Below, one piece after another: positions 8,142-16,995 of a stretch of DNA of 64,000 nucleotides. A program made the translations under genes and the position numbers. Source of the stretch: a bacterium. GTDB taxonomy: Bacteria; Krumholzibacteriota; Krumholzibacteriia; G020349025. The notes under the pieces are model-generated. The model searched no databases, had not been told where the DNA came from, and saw only the letters and a program-made list of their open reading frames with translations. The stretch covers positions 1-64,000 of the forward strand of contig JANLSU010000006.1 in the NCBI GenBank assembly GCA_031362565.1. Reading direction: 5' to 3'. Position 1 is the stretch's first letter, and every line of letters begins with the position of its first letter.

Positions 8142-10775
8142 ATGCGAGTTCCAGTTCGATTCGCTGCCGGAGATCGCATCACGAACCGTATTCGAACGGC
8201 CGCTTGGCCGGCAATCCTCCTTGCGGCGCTGATGTCACCGGCACGCGCCGCCGATATCGCGAAAGGAACCGTCGTTCACCCGGGCGGCAATACCTGCACG
8301 ATCTACACCATTGTCACATTCGTCTCTACGGGTGCGCCAGTGATCCTGATCTATGAGGACGTGCCTCCGCTCTTTGCTCCTTCGATCACTTTGAGTCCGG
8401 CCCCACCGCAGTCGGAAACGTTTTCGTACGTGCGTGGATCCGAATGGACGGTCACGACGTACCGGGGCCTGACTGCCGGCCAGTCCTATTCTTGTAACTA
8501 TTCTCGCTGCGGCAGTGTCTTCGACGTGGACCGGTACCAGATTCTCGAAAACGGTTGTGGAGCCAGCCCCTCGTTTGGACCTTTTTCATGCACCTGGGAG
8601 GATGCATCGATCGTCGGCGAGCCGATCATCCGCTTCGAGCCGAGCGTCATCCTTGGCCAATCGATGTACAAAGCCGTGCGTCTCCGGAATACGGGAAGCC
8701 AAACGCTCTCGACCACGATCTTCAGCATGTGCACGCAGTTTGCAATCTTCACCCCTCCCTTGGTCAATATTGCGCCGGGCGGTTCCACTACGATCAGTAT
8801 CCAGTACACACCGACGATCGACGATCTAGTTGCCGGGGCCCTGGCGCCGCAATGTGTCGGATCGCTGCTCCTTGGGACGGGGCTCGGCCCGCGGCTGGTG
8901 ATCGGCAGCAGGTATGATGTGCGGCGCGTCCGGCTGGACGGCGCTGCAGACCGGACGATCGGCAACCCCGCCGTTCACCAGGACTTCGCGGTCGACGTGC
9001 CGCATGCGCGCATTTATCGGGCTCAACGCGGATCGCTCGCTGCTGAGGCCGACGGGATTTACGGGGGCAGTGTCGACGGGAATTTTGCGCTGCTGGCGAG
9101 CGTGCCGGGGGCTTGGTGTGTGGATGTCGATCCAGCCGCCAACCGCCTCTACTGGGCCGACGGGAGCCGGATTCGCCGCTCGAACACCGATGGAACAGGA
9201 GTGCAGGATCTGCCGGTTCCGATCACGTACCCGGGCGGTGCCATTGATCTCGTGATCGATCCCACCGCTCAGCTGCTGTACTGGACCCACGTTGGCAGTC
9301 CGACGTACCTCAAGCGTGCGAACCTCGACGGTAGCAGTCCGGTGCTTTTGGCAACTCTACCGGCGGGCGGGAATCCGCGCCTCGCGTTGGACGCTGCTTC
9401 TGGACACCTGTACTGGAGCGAAGACACCACGGCGCGGATTCGTCGAATGAACGTCGACGGCACGAACGTGCAGACACTCATGACCCCGGGGATCGTCGCG
9501 CCGGCGGGACTGATGGTCGATGGAAGCGCGGGCCGTTTGTACTGGTCGGACGCGGGAACGAACTCGGTGCATCGAGTCGACCTGGGCGGCCTCAATCACC
9601 AACAAATTGTCACTGGGCTGACCGGCCCGACCGGCCTCGCGTTCATTCTACCCGTTGCACCGCAATCTGACCGGATCTATTGGACCGATCATGCGAATCA
9701 CTCGATTCAAAGCGCGTACAAGGACGGCAGCAGCGTCATGACGCTCCCCGTGGGTGGACTGAACAACCCGCTCGGCATGGACGTCGACGCCAGCGGCGGG
9801 AAACTCTATTGGGTCGATCAAGGCACGAGCAAGATTCAGCGCTTCGACGGGGGGAGTGTACAGGACCTCGTAACGGCCGGGAATATCGCCTTGGAGGACC
9901 TGGCCCTCGACGTTCCCGGCGGCAAGATGTACTGGGTGGACTCCGGTCCCCCGAGTCGAATCCGGCGTGCCAACCTGAGCGGCACCGGTGTTGAAACGCT
10001 CATCGGCACAGGGATCTTGGGGGCGCGAGGCATCGCATTGGATCTAGCCGCGCAATTGATCTACTGGACAGAAACCGACACTGGCACCGCTGGAATCTAC
10101 CGACGCAGCTTCAGTGGCATAACACGGACGGCAGTCGTTCAAGGTGGGTTTCCCGTTGGAGTCGCCATCGACCCTGCAGGTGGCAAGATCTATTGGATCG
10201 ATGCGGGCAACAGCAGGATTCAACGCGCGAACCTCAATGGGACGGGCGTGCAAAGCATCGTGGTGTCGGGTACTGCTGCTCCACTGCTCGACCCGAGGTA
10301 CATCAAACTCGACCTTGGGGCGCGCAAGGTGTACTGGACGGATGTGGGAGCCAATCGCGTCCAGCGGGCCAACCTCGACGGATCGGGAGTCGAAACGGTG
10401 ATCCTGGGTACGGGTGCGCCGGGGATTCAAGGCGTCGCAGTCACAACTCGAACCGGTTTCCCGGTGCCATCGGGAGTCGAAGATCACACTGCGCCGCCGC
10501 CCGCTGTCCATCTCGCGATTCCGCGCCCCAACCCCTTCAACCCTACGACGCGGATCGCCTTCGATCACGGCGGGGGCCCGTTGGTACTCGAGATCTACAG
10601 CGTCGACGGGCGCTTGACCCGCAGGCTGTTCTCCGGCGATCACGCGGCTGGACATGATGCGCTGGTATGGGATGGCAGGGATGACGATGGCGTGCTCTCA
10701 TCGTCCGGCGTGTACTTCGTGAAAATGCGAAGTGCCGGAGTCGACCGCAACGTCAAAGTCGTGTTGCTGCGGTGA
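8142..10775 (+). CDS. Secreted YWTD (LDL-receptor class B) double beta-propeller + FlgD-Ig CTD, copy 1
   Basis: Signal peptide ending PARA-A; about 10 xYW[TSVA][DE] repeats with IxRANLDG; PNPFNP..WDGRD..SGVYF tail. Confidence 0.88.
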   Translation: MRVPVRFAAGDRITNRIRTAAWPAILLAALMSPARAADIAKGTVVHPGGNTCTIYTIVTFVSTGAPVILIYEDVPPLFAPSITLSPAPPQSETFSYVRGSEWTVTTYRGLTAGQSYSCNYSRCGSVFDVDRYQILENGCGASPSFGPFSCTWEDASIVGEPIIRFEPSVILGQSMYKAVRLRNTGSQTLSTTIFSMCTQFAIFTPPLVNIAPGGSTTISIQYTPTIDDLVAGALAPQCVGSLLLGTGLGPRLVIGSRYDVRRVRLDGAADRTIGNPAVHQDFAVDVPHARIYRAQRGSLAAEADGIYGGSVDGNFALLASVPGAWCVDVDPAANRLYWADGSRIRRSNTDGTGVQDLPVPITYPGGAIDLVIDPTAQLLYWTHVGSPTYLKRANLDGSSPVLLATLPAGGNPRLALDAASGHLYWSEDTTARIRRMNVDGTNVQTLMTPGIVAPAGLMVDGSAGRLYWSDAGTNSVHRVDLGGLNHQQIVTGLTGPTGLAFILPVAPQSDRIYWTDHANHSIQSAYKDGSSVMTLPVGGLNNPLGMDVDASGGKLYWVDQGTSKIQRFDGGSVQDLVTAGNIALEDLALDVPGGKMYWVDSGPPSRIRRANLSGTGVETLIGTGILGARGIALDLAAQLIYWTETDTGTAGIYRRSFSGITRTAVVQGGFPVGVAIDPAGGKIYWIDAGNSRIQRANLNGTGVQSIVVSGTAAPLLDPRYIKLDLGARKVYWTDVGANRVQRANLDGSGVETVILGTGAPGIQGVAVTTRTGFPVPSGVEDHTAPPPAVHLAIPRPNPFNPTTRIAFDHGGGPLVLEIYSVDGRLTRRLFSGDHAAGHDALVWDGRDDDGVLSSSGVYFVKMRSAGVDRNVKVVLLR

Positions 10776-10827
10776 ATGCATCCGGCGAAGGCATTCCCAT
10801 GGACGGGACAACACAAAGGCCTTGCTC

Positions 10828-13464
10828 ATGCGCGTTCTGATTCGATTCGGCAAAAGAGATCGCATCGCGGCCGGCATTCGAGCGGCCGCTTGGTCGGCGA
10901 TTGCCCTCTCGGCGCCGATCTCACCGGCACGCGCTGCGGATATCTCGAAAGGAACCGTCACTCATCCGGGTGGCAATACATCTACGACCCTGACTCTTGC
11001 CACCTTCGTTTCTACTGGTGCGGACGTCATCGTGATCTACGAGGACATATTCCCATTCGTCTTCCCGTCGATCACGCTGAGCCCGACCCCCCCCCAATTG
11101 GAGCAGTTCTCGTACAGCTTCTTTTCGTTCTGGACGGTCACCACGTACCGAGGTCTCACGGCCGGCCAGTCATATTCTTGCATCTATTCCCGCAATGGCC
11201 CCATCGCCGACACAGATCGTTACCAAATTTTCGAGAATGGATGCGCAGCCGGTCCCGCGGCGCCGATTGGTTCGTGCGTCTGGGATGATGCTTTCGCCGT
11301 CGGCGAACAAATCATCCGGTTCGAGCCAAGCCTCATCCTCGGGCAATCGATGCAGAAATCGGTGCATCTCCGGAATACGGGGACGCAAGCGCTCTCTACG
11401 ACGGTTTTCAGCATGTGCCCGGAGTTTACGATCCTGAACCCCATCGTTAGCATTGCGCCGGGCGGGTCGACCACGATCAACGTCCAGTACACGCCGACGA
11501 TCGACGATGAGGTTGCCGGAGCTCTGCGGCCAACGTGTATGGGATCGCTGCTGCTTGGTACGGGGCTCGGCCCGCGCCTGGTGATCGGGAGCGCGAGCAA
11601 CGTCCGGCGCGTGCGGCTCGACGGCGCTGCGGACAAGGTGATCGGATCCGGCGCGGCGTACCAGGACTTCGCGGTCGATGTGCCGCATGGGCGCGTCTAT
11701 CAGGCCCAAAGCAATGGCGCCGGCGGTCCTTCCGACGGAATCTACGGGTCCAGCGTCGATGGATTTTTTACGCAGTTGATCGCAGTGAAGTACGCCAGGT
11801 GCGTCGATGTCGATCCGTCCACGAACCGGTTGTACTGGGTCAGTGACGGCCGGATTCGGCGCTCGAACACCGATGGCTCTGGAGCCCAGGATTTGCCAGT
11901 GCCGATTTCCGGTGGCGTGACCGATCTTGCGATCGATCCACAGGCTCAACTGTTGTACTGGTTCCAGCCCGACAGGACCTCGCAAACGCTCAGGCGCGCC
12001 AACCTCGACGGCAGCAATCCGGTCGCCTTGGCGAGCCTTCCGGCGGTCACGGATGCGCACCTCGCGTTGGACGCCGTTTCGGGGCGCGTGTATTGGAGCG
12101 AAACCGCGATGGCGCGGATTCGGAGAATTGATGTCGACGGCACAAATGCGCAGACGCTCATGACCCCGGGGATCGTGTCACCGGGGGCGCTGGGGGTCGA
12201 TGCCGGTGCGGGCCGGTTGTACTGGTCGGACGCAGGAACGAACTCGGTGCATCGTGTCGACCTGGGAGGGCTCAATCACCAAGAAATTGTCACTGGATTG
12301 ACCGGCCCGACTGGCCTCACATTCATTCTGCCCATAGCACCGCAGTCCGAGCGGATCTATTGGACAGATCATACGAACTTTTCGATTGAGAGCGCCTACA
12401 AGGATGGCAGCAGTCGCTTCACGCTCCTCGTAAGCGGCCTCGTCAACCCGCTTGGCTTGGACATCGACCCAAGCGGCGGCAAACTCTATTGGGTCGATCA
12501 AGGGACGAAGAAGATTCAGCGTGCCAATCTTGACGGCACGAGTCTGCAGGGTCTCGTCACGACGGGCAACTTCCTGTTGGAAGATCTGGCGCTCGACATT
12601 CCCGGTGGCAAAATGTACTGGGCGGACTCCGGGTCTCCGAATCGCATCCGTCGCGCCAACCTCGACGGCACCAGTATTGAAACGCTCCTCGGATCCGGCA
12701 TCTTCGGAGTGCGTGGCATCGCACTGGATCGAGCAGCAGGCTTGATGTACTGGACTGAATCCGAGACCGGCGGAGATGGAGTGTACCGGGGCAGCATGAA
12801 CGGTGGCACGCGGGTGCCACTCGTTCAAGGCCTCGGATTTCCGGTGGGAATCGCCCTCGACCCAGCGGGCGGAAAGATGTATTGGATCGATTCGGGCACG
12901 CACAAGATTCAACGCGCCAACCTCAACGGGACCGGCGTGCAGGACATCGTGGTCTCGGGCACGCCTGCTCCTCTGCTCGACCCGAGGTACATCAAACTCG
13001 ACCTCGGCGCCCGCAAGGTGTACTGGACCGATGTTGCGGCGCATCGCGTCCAGCGGGCGAATCTCGACGGGTCGGGGATCGAAACCGTGATTCTGGGTCC
13101 GGGTCTCGCGGGGATCGAAGGTGTCGCGGTCACAACTCGAGCCGGCTTCCCGGTGACTTCGGGAGTCGAGGATCACACCGCGGCGCCACCCGCCGTCCGA
13201 CTCGACATACCGCATCCGAATCCCTTCAACCCCACGACACGCATCGCCTTCGCTCATGGTGGCGGGCGCCTGGTGCTCGAGATCTACAGCGTCGACGGGC
13301 GGCTGACCCGCAGCCTGTTTCAGGGCGATCACGCCGCCGGAAATGATGCGCTTACGTGGGACGGTAGGGACGACCAAGGCGTTTTCGCGTCGTCCGGCGT
13401 GTACTTCGTGAAAATGCGGAGCGCCGGGCTCGAGCGTAGCGCCAAGGTCGTGTTGCTGCGGTGA
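10828..13464 (+). CDS. Secreted YWTD double beta-propeller + FlgD-Ig CTD, copy 2 (tandem paralogue)
   Basis: Colinear with 8142-10775 along its whole length, with a similar upstream sequence. Confidence 0.88.
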   Translation: MRVLIRFGKRDRIAAGIRAAAWSAIALSAPISPARAADISKGTVTHPGGNTSTTLTLATFVSTGADVIVIYEDIFPFVFPSITLSPTPPQLEQFSYSFFSFWTVTTYRGLTAGQSYSCIYSRNGPIADTDRYQIFENGCAAGPAAPIGSCVWDDAFAVGEQIIRFEPSLILGQSMQKSVHLRNTGTQALSTTVFSMCPEFTILNPIVSIAPGGSTTINVQYTPTIDDEVAGALRPTCMGSLLLGTGLGPRLVIGSASNVRRVRLDGAADKVIGSGAAYQDFAVDVPHGRVYQAQSNGAGGPSDGIYGSSVDGFFTQLIAVKYARCVDVDPSTNRLYWVSDGRIRRSNTDGSGAQDLPVPISGGVTDLAIDPQAQLLYWFQPDRTSQTLRRANLDGSNPVALASLPAVTDAHLALDAVSGRVYWSETAMARIRRIDVDGTNAQTLMTPGIVSPGALGVDAGAGRLYWSDAGTNSVHRVDLGGLNHQEIVTGLTGPTGLTFILPIAPQSERIYWTDHTNFSIESAYKDGSSRFTLLVSGLVNPLGLDIDPSGGKLYWVDQGTKKIQRANLDGTSLQGLVTTGNFLLEDLALDIPGGKMYWADSGSPNRIRRANLDGTSIETLLGSGIFGVRGIALDRAAGLMYWTESETGGDGVYRGSMNGGTRVPLVQGLGFPVGIALDPAGGKMYWIDSGTHKIQRANLNGTGVQDIVVSGTPAPLLDPRYIKLDLGARKVYWTDVAAHRVQRANLDGSGIETVILGPGLAGIEGVAVTTRAGFPVTSGVEDHTAAPPAVRLDIPHPNPFNPTTRIAFAHGGGRLVLEIYSVDGRLTRSLFQGDHAAGNDALTWDGRDDQGVFASSGVYFVKMRSAGLERSAKVVLLR

Positions 13465-13511
13465 AGGCGTTCAATCCGGGCCGGAACACGAACGATCGCT
13501 GGGCGTTCGAA

Positions 13512-13586
13512 CGGATGCGTTTTCCTCCAACGGGATGGTGGTTGGAGACCGCGGGTAGAGGGATGAACTGGACTTCGACTTTGTTC
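13512..13586 (-). pseudogene. 3' stub of a paralogue of the HTH antitoxin at 24735-25148
   Basis: 13534-13586 matches 24821-24873 at 49/53 nt; NKVEVQFIPLPAVSNHH vs NKIQVQFIPLPAASNHH. Confidence 0.8.
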
Positions 13587-13761
13587 CTCGGCGCGGTTCG
13601 GCGTTTGGTGCCGCGCGTGGGACTCCTTGGGTTGATCTTCTTTTCGCCGGCAAGCGTCACTGCCGGCCGGCCGGTGCCACCGTCGTCACCGTTCGAGCAG
13701 TTTTGCGCCCTGCCTCCGGATAGCAGCGCCACGCGCGAAACCTTGTTTAGGGCCGATCCGA

Positions 13762-16716
13762 ATGGGCACGGCGACGAGTTGGGATCCCAATGCGAGTTCC
13801 ACCGTCCGAACGTTTGCGCTCACGAACTCGACGCTGTATACCGGCGGCAGCTTCGTCAGTATTTGCCGGGTTCGCCGGCCATCGTTGGCGGCGCTCGATG
13901 CCGTGACTGGGATCGCGACGGCATGGAACCCAAGCCCGAATTCCAATGTCTTGGCCCTGGCGATCGAGGGCTCGACGCTGTACGTGGGCGGTTGCTTCAG
14001 CGCTGTCGGCGGCCAAACACGCAACCATCTTGCCGCACTGGACGCCATCACAGGTTCCGCCACCGCATGGAATCCCACCGCGAACGGTAACTGCATCCAC
14101 GCGTTGGCGCTCGCCGGGCCGACGCTGTACGCGGGCGGGGAGTTCACATTCATCGGCGGGCAGGCGCGCACCAATGTGGTGGCTCTCGACGCCGCGACCG
14201 GGAATGCGACCGCTTGGAACCCGGGTGCCAACGGTATCGTGCGCGCGATCGCAGCGACCGGGTCCACCGTGTGGCTCGGCGGAGATTTCTTGGATGTCGC
14301 CGGCCAGGCACACTCGTATATCGCCGCGTTGAATTCAGCGACCGGAGCGGCCACGGTCGCCGGTGGCGCAAACGGGCCGGTGTATGGCCTCGACGCCCAG
14401 GGATCAGTCGTCTATGCCGCAGGCGGCTTCACTTCGGTATTCGGCCAAGCGCGCAACTACATCGCGGCGCTCGACGCTGTGAGCGGCGTGCCCACCGGAT
14501 GGAGCCCTAACTTGAGCGGCACAGCGTACGCGGTGGCCGCGAACGGTTTGTTGGTTTATGCAGGCGGCGATTTTTCGAGCCATATTGCAGAGATCAGTAC
14601 TGTGACGGGCAGCATCTCCGCCACCGATTATAGCGGAAATCCGTGGTTCGGCGCCGACGATGCAGTGCGATCGATCTTGCCGTCGGGATCCACGGTGTAC
14701 ATCGGCGGGGACTTCTTGTCGATTTGGGGGGCGTCGCGACCGCGCCTTGCGGCGATCACGGTGCCGTTCGCCCCGCCGTGCGACGACGCAATCCCGAGCT
14801 GCAACGCGGTGATTCCGAGCGCCAGCTGGGGAACCTGTGGAACGACAATTGGAACGACGGGCCAGCTCGCGTATCCGGCGACGATTCCGGATGGAGCCGG
14901 GGGCGCCTTCATTGGTTGGAATGAACCGGTTCAGCGCACCACGTACTTGAGCCGGCTCAATGCCGACGGATCGCTCGCATCCGGATGGCCGCCGAACATG
15001 CCGGTGTCCAGCGACTCGGCCGGTTCAGCCTTGGTCGCACCGGACGGTGCCGGCGGCGTTTTCGTCGGATGGACGCGCTACGGCGCGGCAGGCCCGACGG
15101 TGCACTGCCAACGCTACAACGGGTCGGCCGGCGTTGCCCCAGGCTGGCCGGCAAACGGCATCACGATTCCGGGTCTGCAATACCCGGGGCAAATGGTCGC
15201 CGATGGGAACGGCGGAGCCTTCTTCTTCGGCGACCGAACTCAGCATCTAGACTCCACGGGATCGATTGCCAGCGGTTGGCCTCCATTGGGACTGCCGCCC
15301 GAGCAGTACGACGCCGTGGCGGACGGTACCGGCGGGTTTTTTGGAGCCGATGATTACAAGGTGAGGCGTGTTTCGGCCACCGCCGCCGTTTCTTGGGAAG
15401 CCAACTTGGCAGGGGCCGCACGCCTGTGCGCTGACGCTACGGGCGGACTCTTCGTCGTGCAGCTTTCGTCCGGTATTCGCGTGCATCACTTGCAGAGTTC
15501 GGGCGCGCCGGTGCTCGGCTGGCCCGCGGCTGGAATGCTTCTCACGTCGGTGGGGACGCTACGCGACGTGAAACCGGACGGGCAAGGCGGCGTGCTCGTT
15601 TGCTGGACGGAGACGGCGCCGGCGCAGAAGTTCGTTGTGCAACGCTTGACCGCGTGCGCCGAGGTCGCGCCGGGCTGGCCCGCGACGGGCTTCCGGATCG
15701 GTACGTTCGTTCCACCGCAGCCGACGACGGCAGCAGTTGCGCCCGACGGTTCGGGCGGCGCGTACTTGGTTTGGCAAGGGCGGACAGGCTCAGGCCCAGT
15801 CTCGTATTGGGCAACGCGTGTCTGTCCGGGTGGACAAGTATCTGCTGATTGGCCAGCGGGAGGCATCGAGGTTTGTCCGAATATCCGCTACGTGGGCGGT
15901 GCGGTGTCATTGGTGGCGGACGGAGCGGGCGGCGCGTTCGGTTCGTGGTACAGGCGCACTGCGGCGACAGGATGGGGCGGAAGCGTACACGTGATGCGGC
16001 TCGGGTCGGTGCCTCCTGCGGGGATGATTGCGCCGGTCATCGCCGGCAGTCCGTCCAGCGCATCCGTTGGTAACATGAGCGTCGTGTTCGACAATGTCAC
16101 CGCGGCGGGCGAGCTATCGCTCGACCTCACTACCGGTCCGCTGCCACCGGCCGGCCAGCAGACCGTGCCGGTAGCAGCCCCAGCCACCTATGAGCTCGAC
16201 ACGACGGCGTCCTACACCGGCGGGGTCGATGTCTGTATCGACTACAACCCCGATGACGTGATTGGAAGCGAAGCGGCTCTCTCACTCTTGCACTACGAGG
16301 GCGAGGAAGGCGCGCCGGCGTGGGTCAACATCACAACCAGCGTCGACGTCGTGGAGCATCGGATTTGCGGCAGGGCACCGCACTTGTCGCCGTTCATCAT
16401 CGTCGAAGGCATCGTAACCGATGCCAGCCTTCCGGTTGCCGTGCTTGCATTGCAGCAAAATCATCCGAATCCATTCAATCCCACGACCACGATTCGCTAT
16501 TCGAGCCCGCAAAAAGGCCGGGTCCGGTTGCGGATCTTCGATGTCCGCGGCCGGCTCGTGCGGACGTTGGTCGACCGCGACGAGGCCGCCGGTGCGCACG
16601 AGGCGGTGTGGTTCGGAGACGATCAACACGGACAAAAGGTCGGATCCGGGGTGTATTTCTACCGGCTGGATGCCGGCGGGGAGCCGCGCACTCGCCGCAT
16701 GGTGCTCGTGCGGTAA
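13762..16716 (+). CDS. Beta-propeller repeat protein + FlgD-Ig CTD, apparently 5'-truncated
   Basis: LAALDAxTGxATAWNP repeats, then DGxGG/GWP repeats and a PNPFNP CTD; begins mid-repeat with no signal peptide. Confidence 0.75.
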   Translation: MGTATSWDPNASSTVRTFALTNSTLYTGGSFVSICRVRRPSLAALDAVTGIATAWNPSPNSNVLALAIEGSTLYVGGCFSAVGGQTRNHLAALDAITGSATAWNPTANGNCIHALALAGPTLYAGGEFTFIGGQARTNVVALDAATGNATAWNPGANGIVRAIAATGSTVWLGGDFLDVAGQAHSYIAALNSATGAATVAGGANGPVYGLDAQGSVVYAAGGFTSVFGQARNYIAALDAVSGVPTGWSPNLSGTAYAVAANGLLVYAGGDFSSHIAEISTVTGSISATDYSGNPWFGADDAVRSILPSGSTVYIGGDFLSIWGASRPRLAAITVPFAPPCDDAIPSCNAVIPSASWGTCGTTIGTTGQLAYPATIPDGAGGAFIGWNEPVQRTTYLSRLNADGSLASGWPPNMPVSSDSAGSALVAPDGAGGVFVGWTRYGAAGPTVHCQRYNGSAGVAPGWPANGITIPGLQYPGQMVADGNGGAFFFGDRTQHLDSTGSIASGWPPLGLPPEQYDAVADGTGGFFGADDYKVRRVSATAAVSWEANLAGAARLCADATGGLFVVQLSSGIRVHHLQSSGAPVLGWPAAGMLLTSVGTLRDVKPDGQGGVLVCWTETAPAQKFVVQRLTACAEVAPGWPATGFRIGTFVPPQPTTAAVAPDGSGGAYLVWQGRTGSGPVSYWATRVCPGGQVSADWPAGGIEVCPNIRYVGGAVSLVADGAGGAFGSWYRRTAATGWGGSVHVMRLGSVPPAGMIAPVIAGSPSSASVGNMSVVFDNVTAAGELSLDLTTGPLPPAGQQTVPVAAPATYELDTTASYTGGVDVCIDYNPDDVIGSEAALSLLHYEGEEGAPAWVNITTSVDVVEHRICGRAPHLSPFIIVEGIVTDASLPVAVLALQQNHPNPFNPTTTIRYSSPQKGRVRLRIFDVRGRLVRTLVDRDEAAGAHEAVWFGDDQHGQKVGSGVYFYRLDAGGEPRTRRMVLVR

Positions 16717-16742
16717 CAAATCCGAACAGAGATCGATCGGGG

Positions 16743-16780
16743 GGACGGCTCCGTCCTTGGGGCTTGGATGGAGCCGTTCC
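16743..16780 (+). terminator. Hairpin after the 13762-16716 gene
   Basis: GGACGGCTCCGTCC / GGATGGAGCCGTTCC inverted repeat. Confidence 0.55.
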
Positions 16781-16781
16781 G

Positions 16782-16808
16782 CAAGCGCCGCCGCAAGTCC
16801 GCCTGACA
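16782..16808 (+). repeat. 27-bp perfect direct repeat (3' end of the BrnA-like gene)
   Basis: CAAGCGCCGCCGCAAGTCCGCCTGACA, identical to 19549-19575. Confidence 0.9.
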
Positions 16809-16995
16809 GAATCACGACCCGCAAGGCGCACCTGCCGCACGCCCGGCGTCCACCGGGCCCGCCAAGCTATGACCATACCCCCGCCTCTTCGGCTATTCTT
16901 AGGTAGGGATACGGGTTGGAGCCTTCGCCAATCTGAACATGGAACCCCTTGGGTTTTTGGTCCCGGTCGGTGACCGGCGAGGAGAAGTGCTCCGG

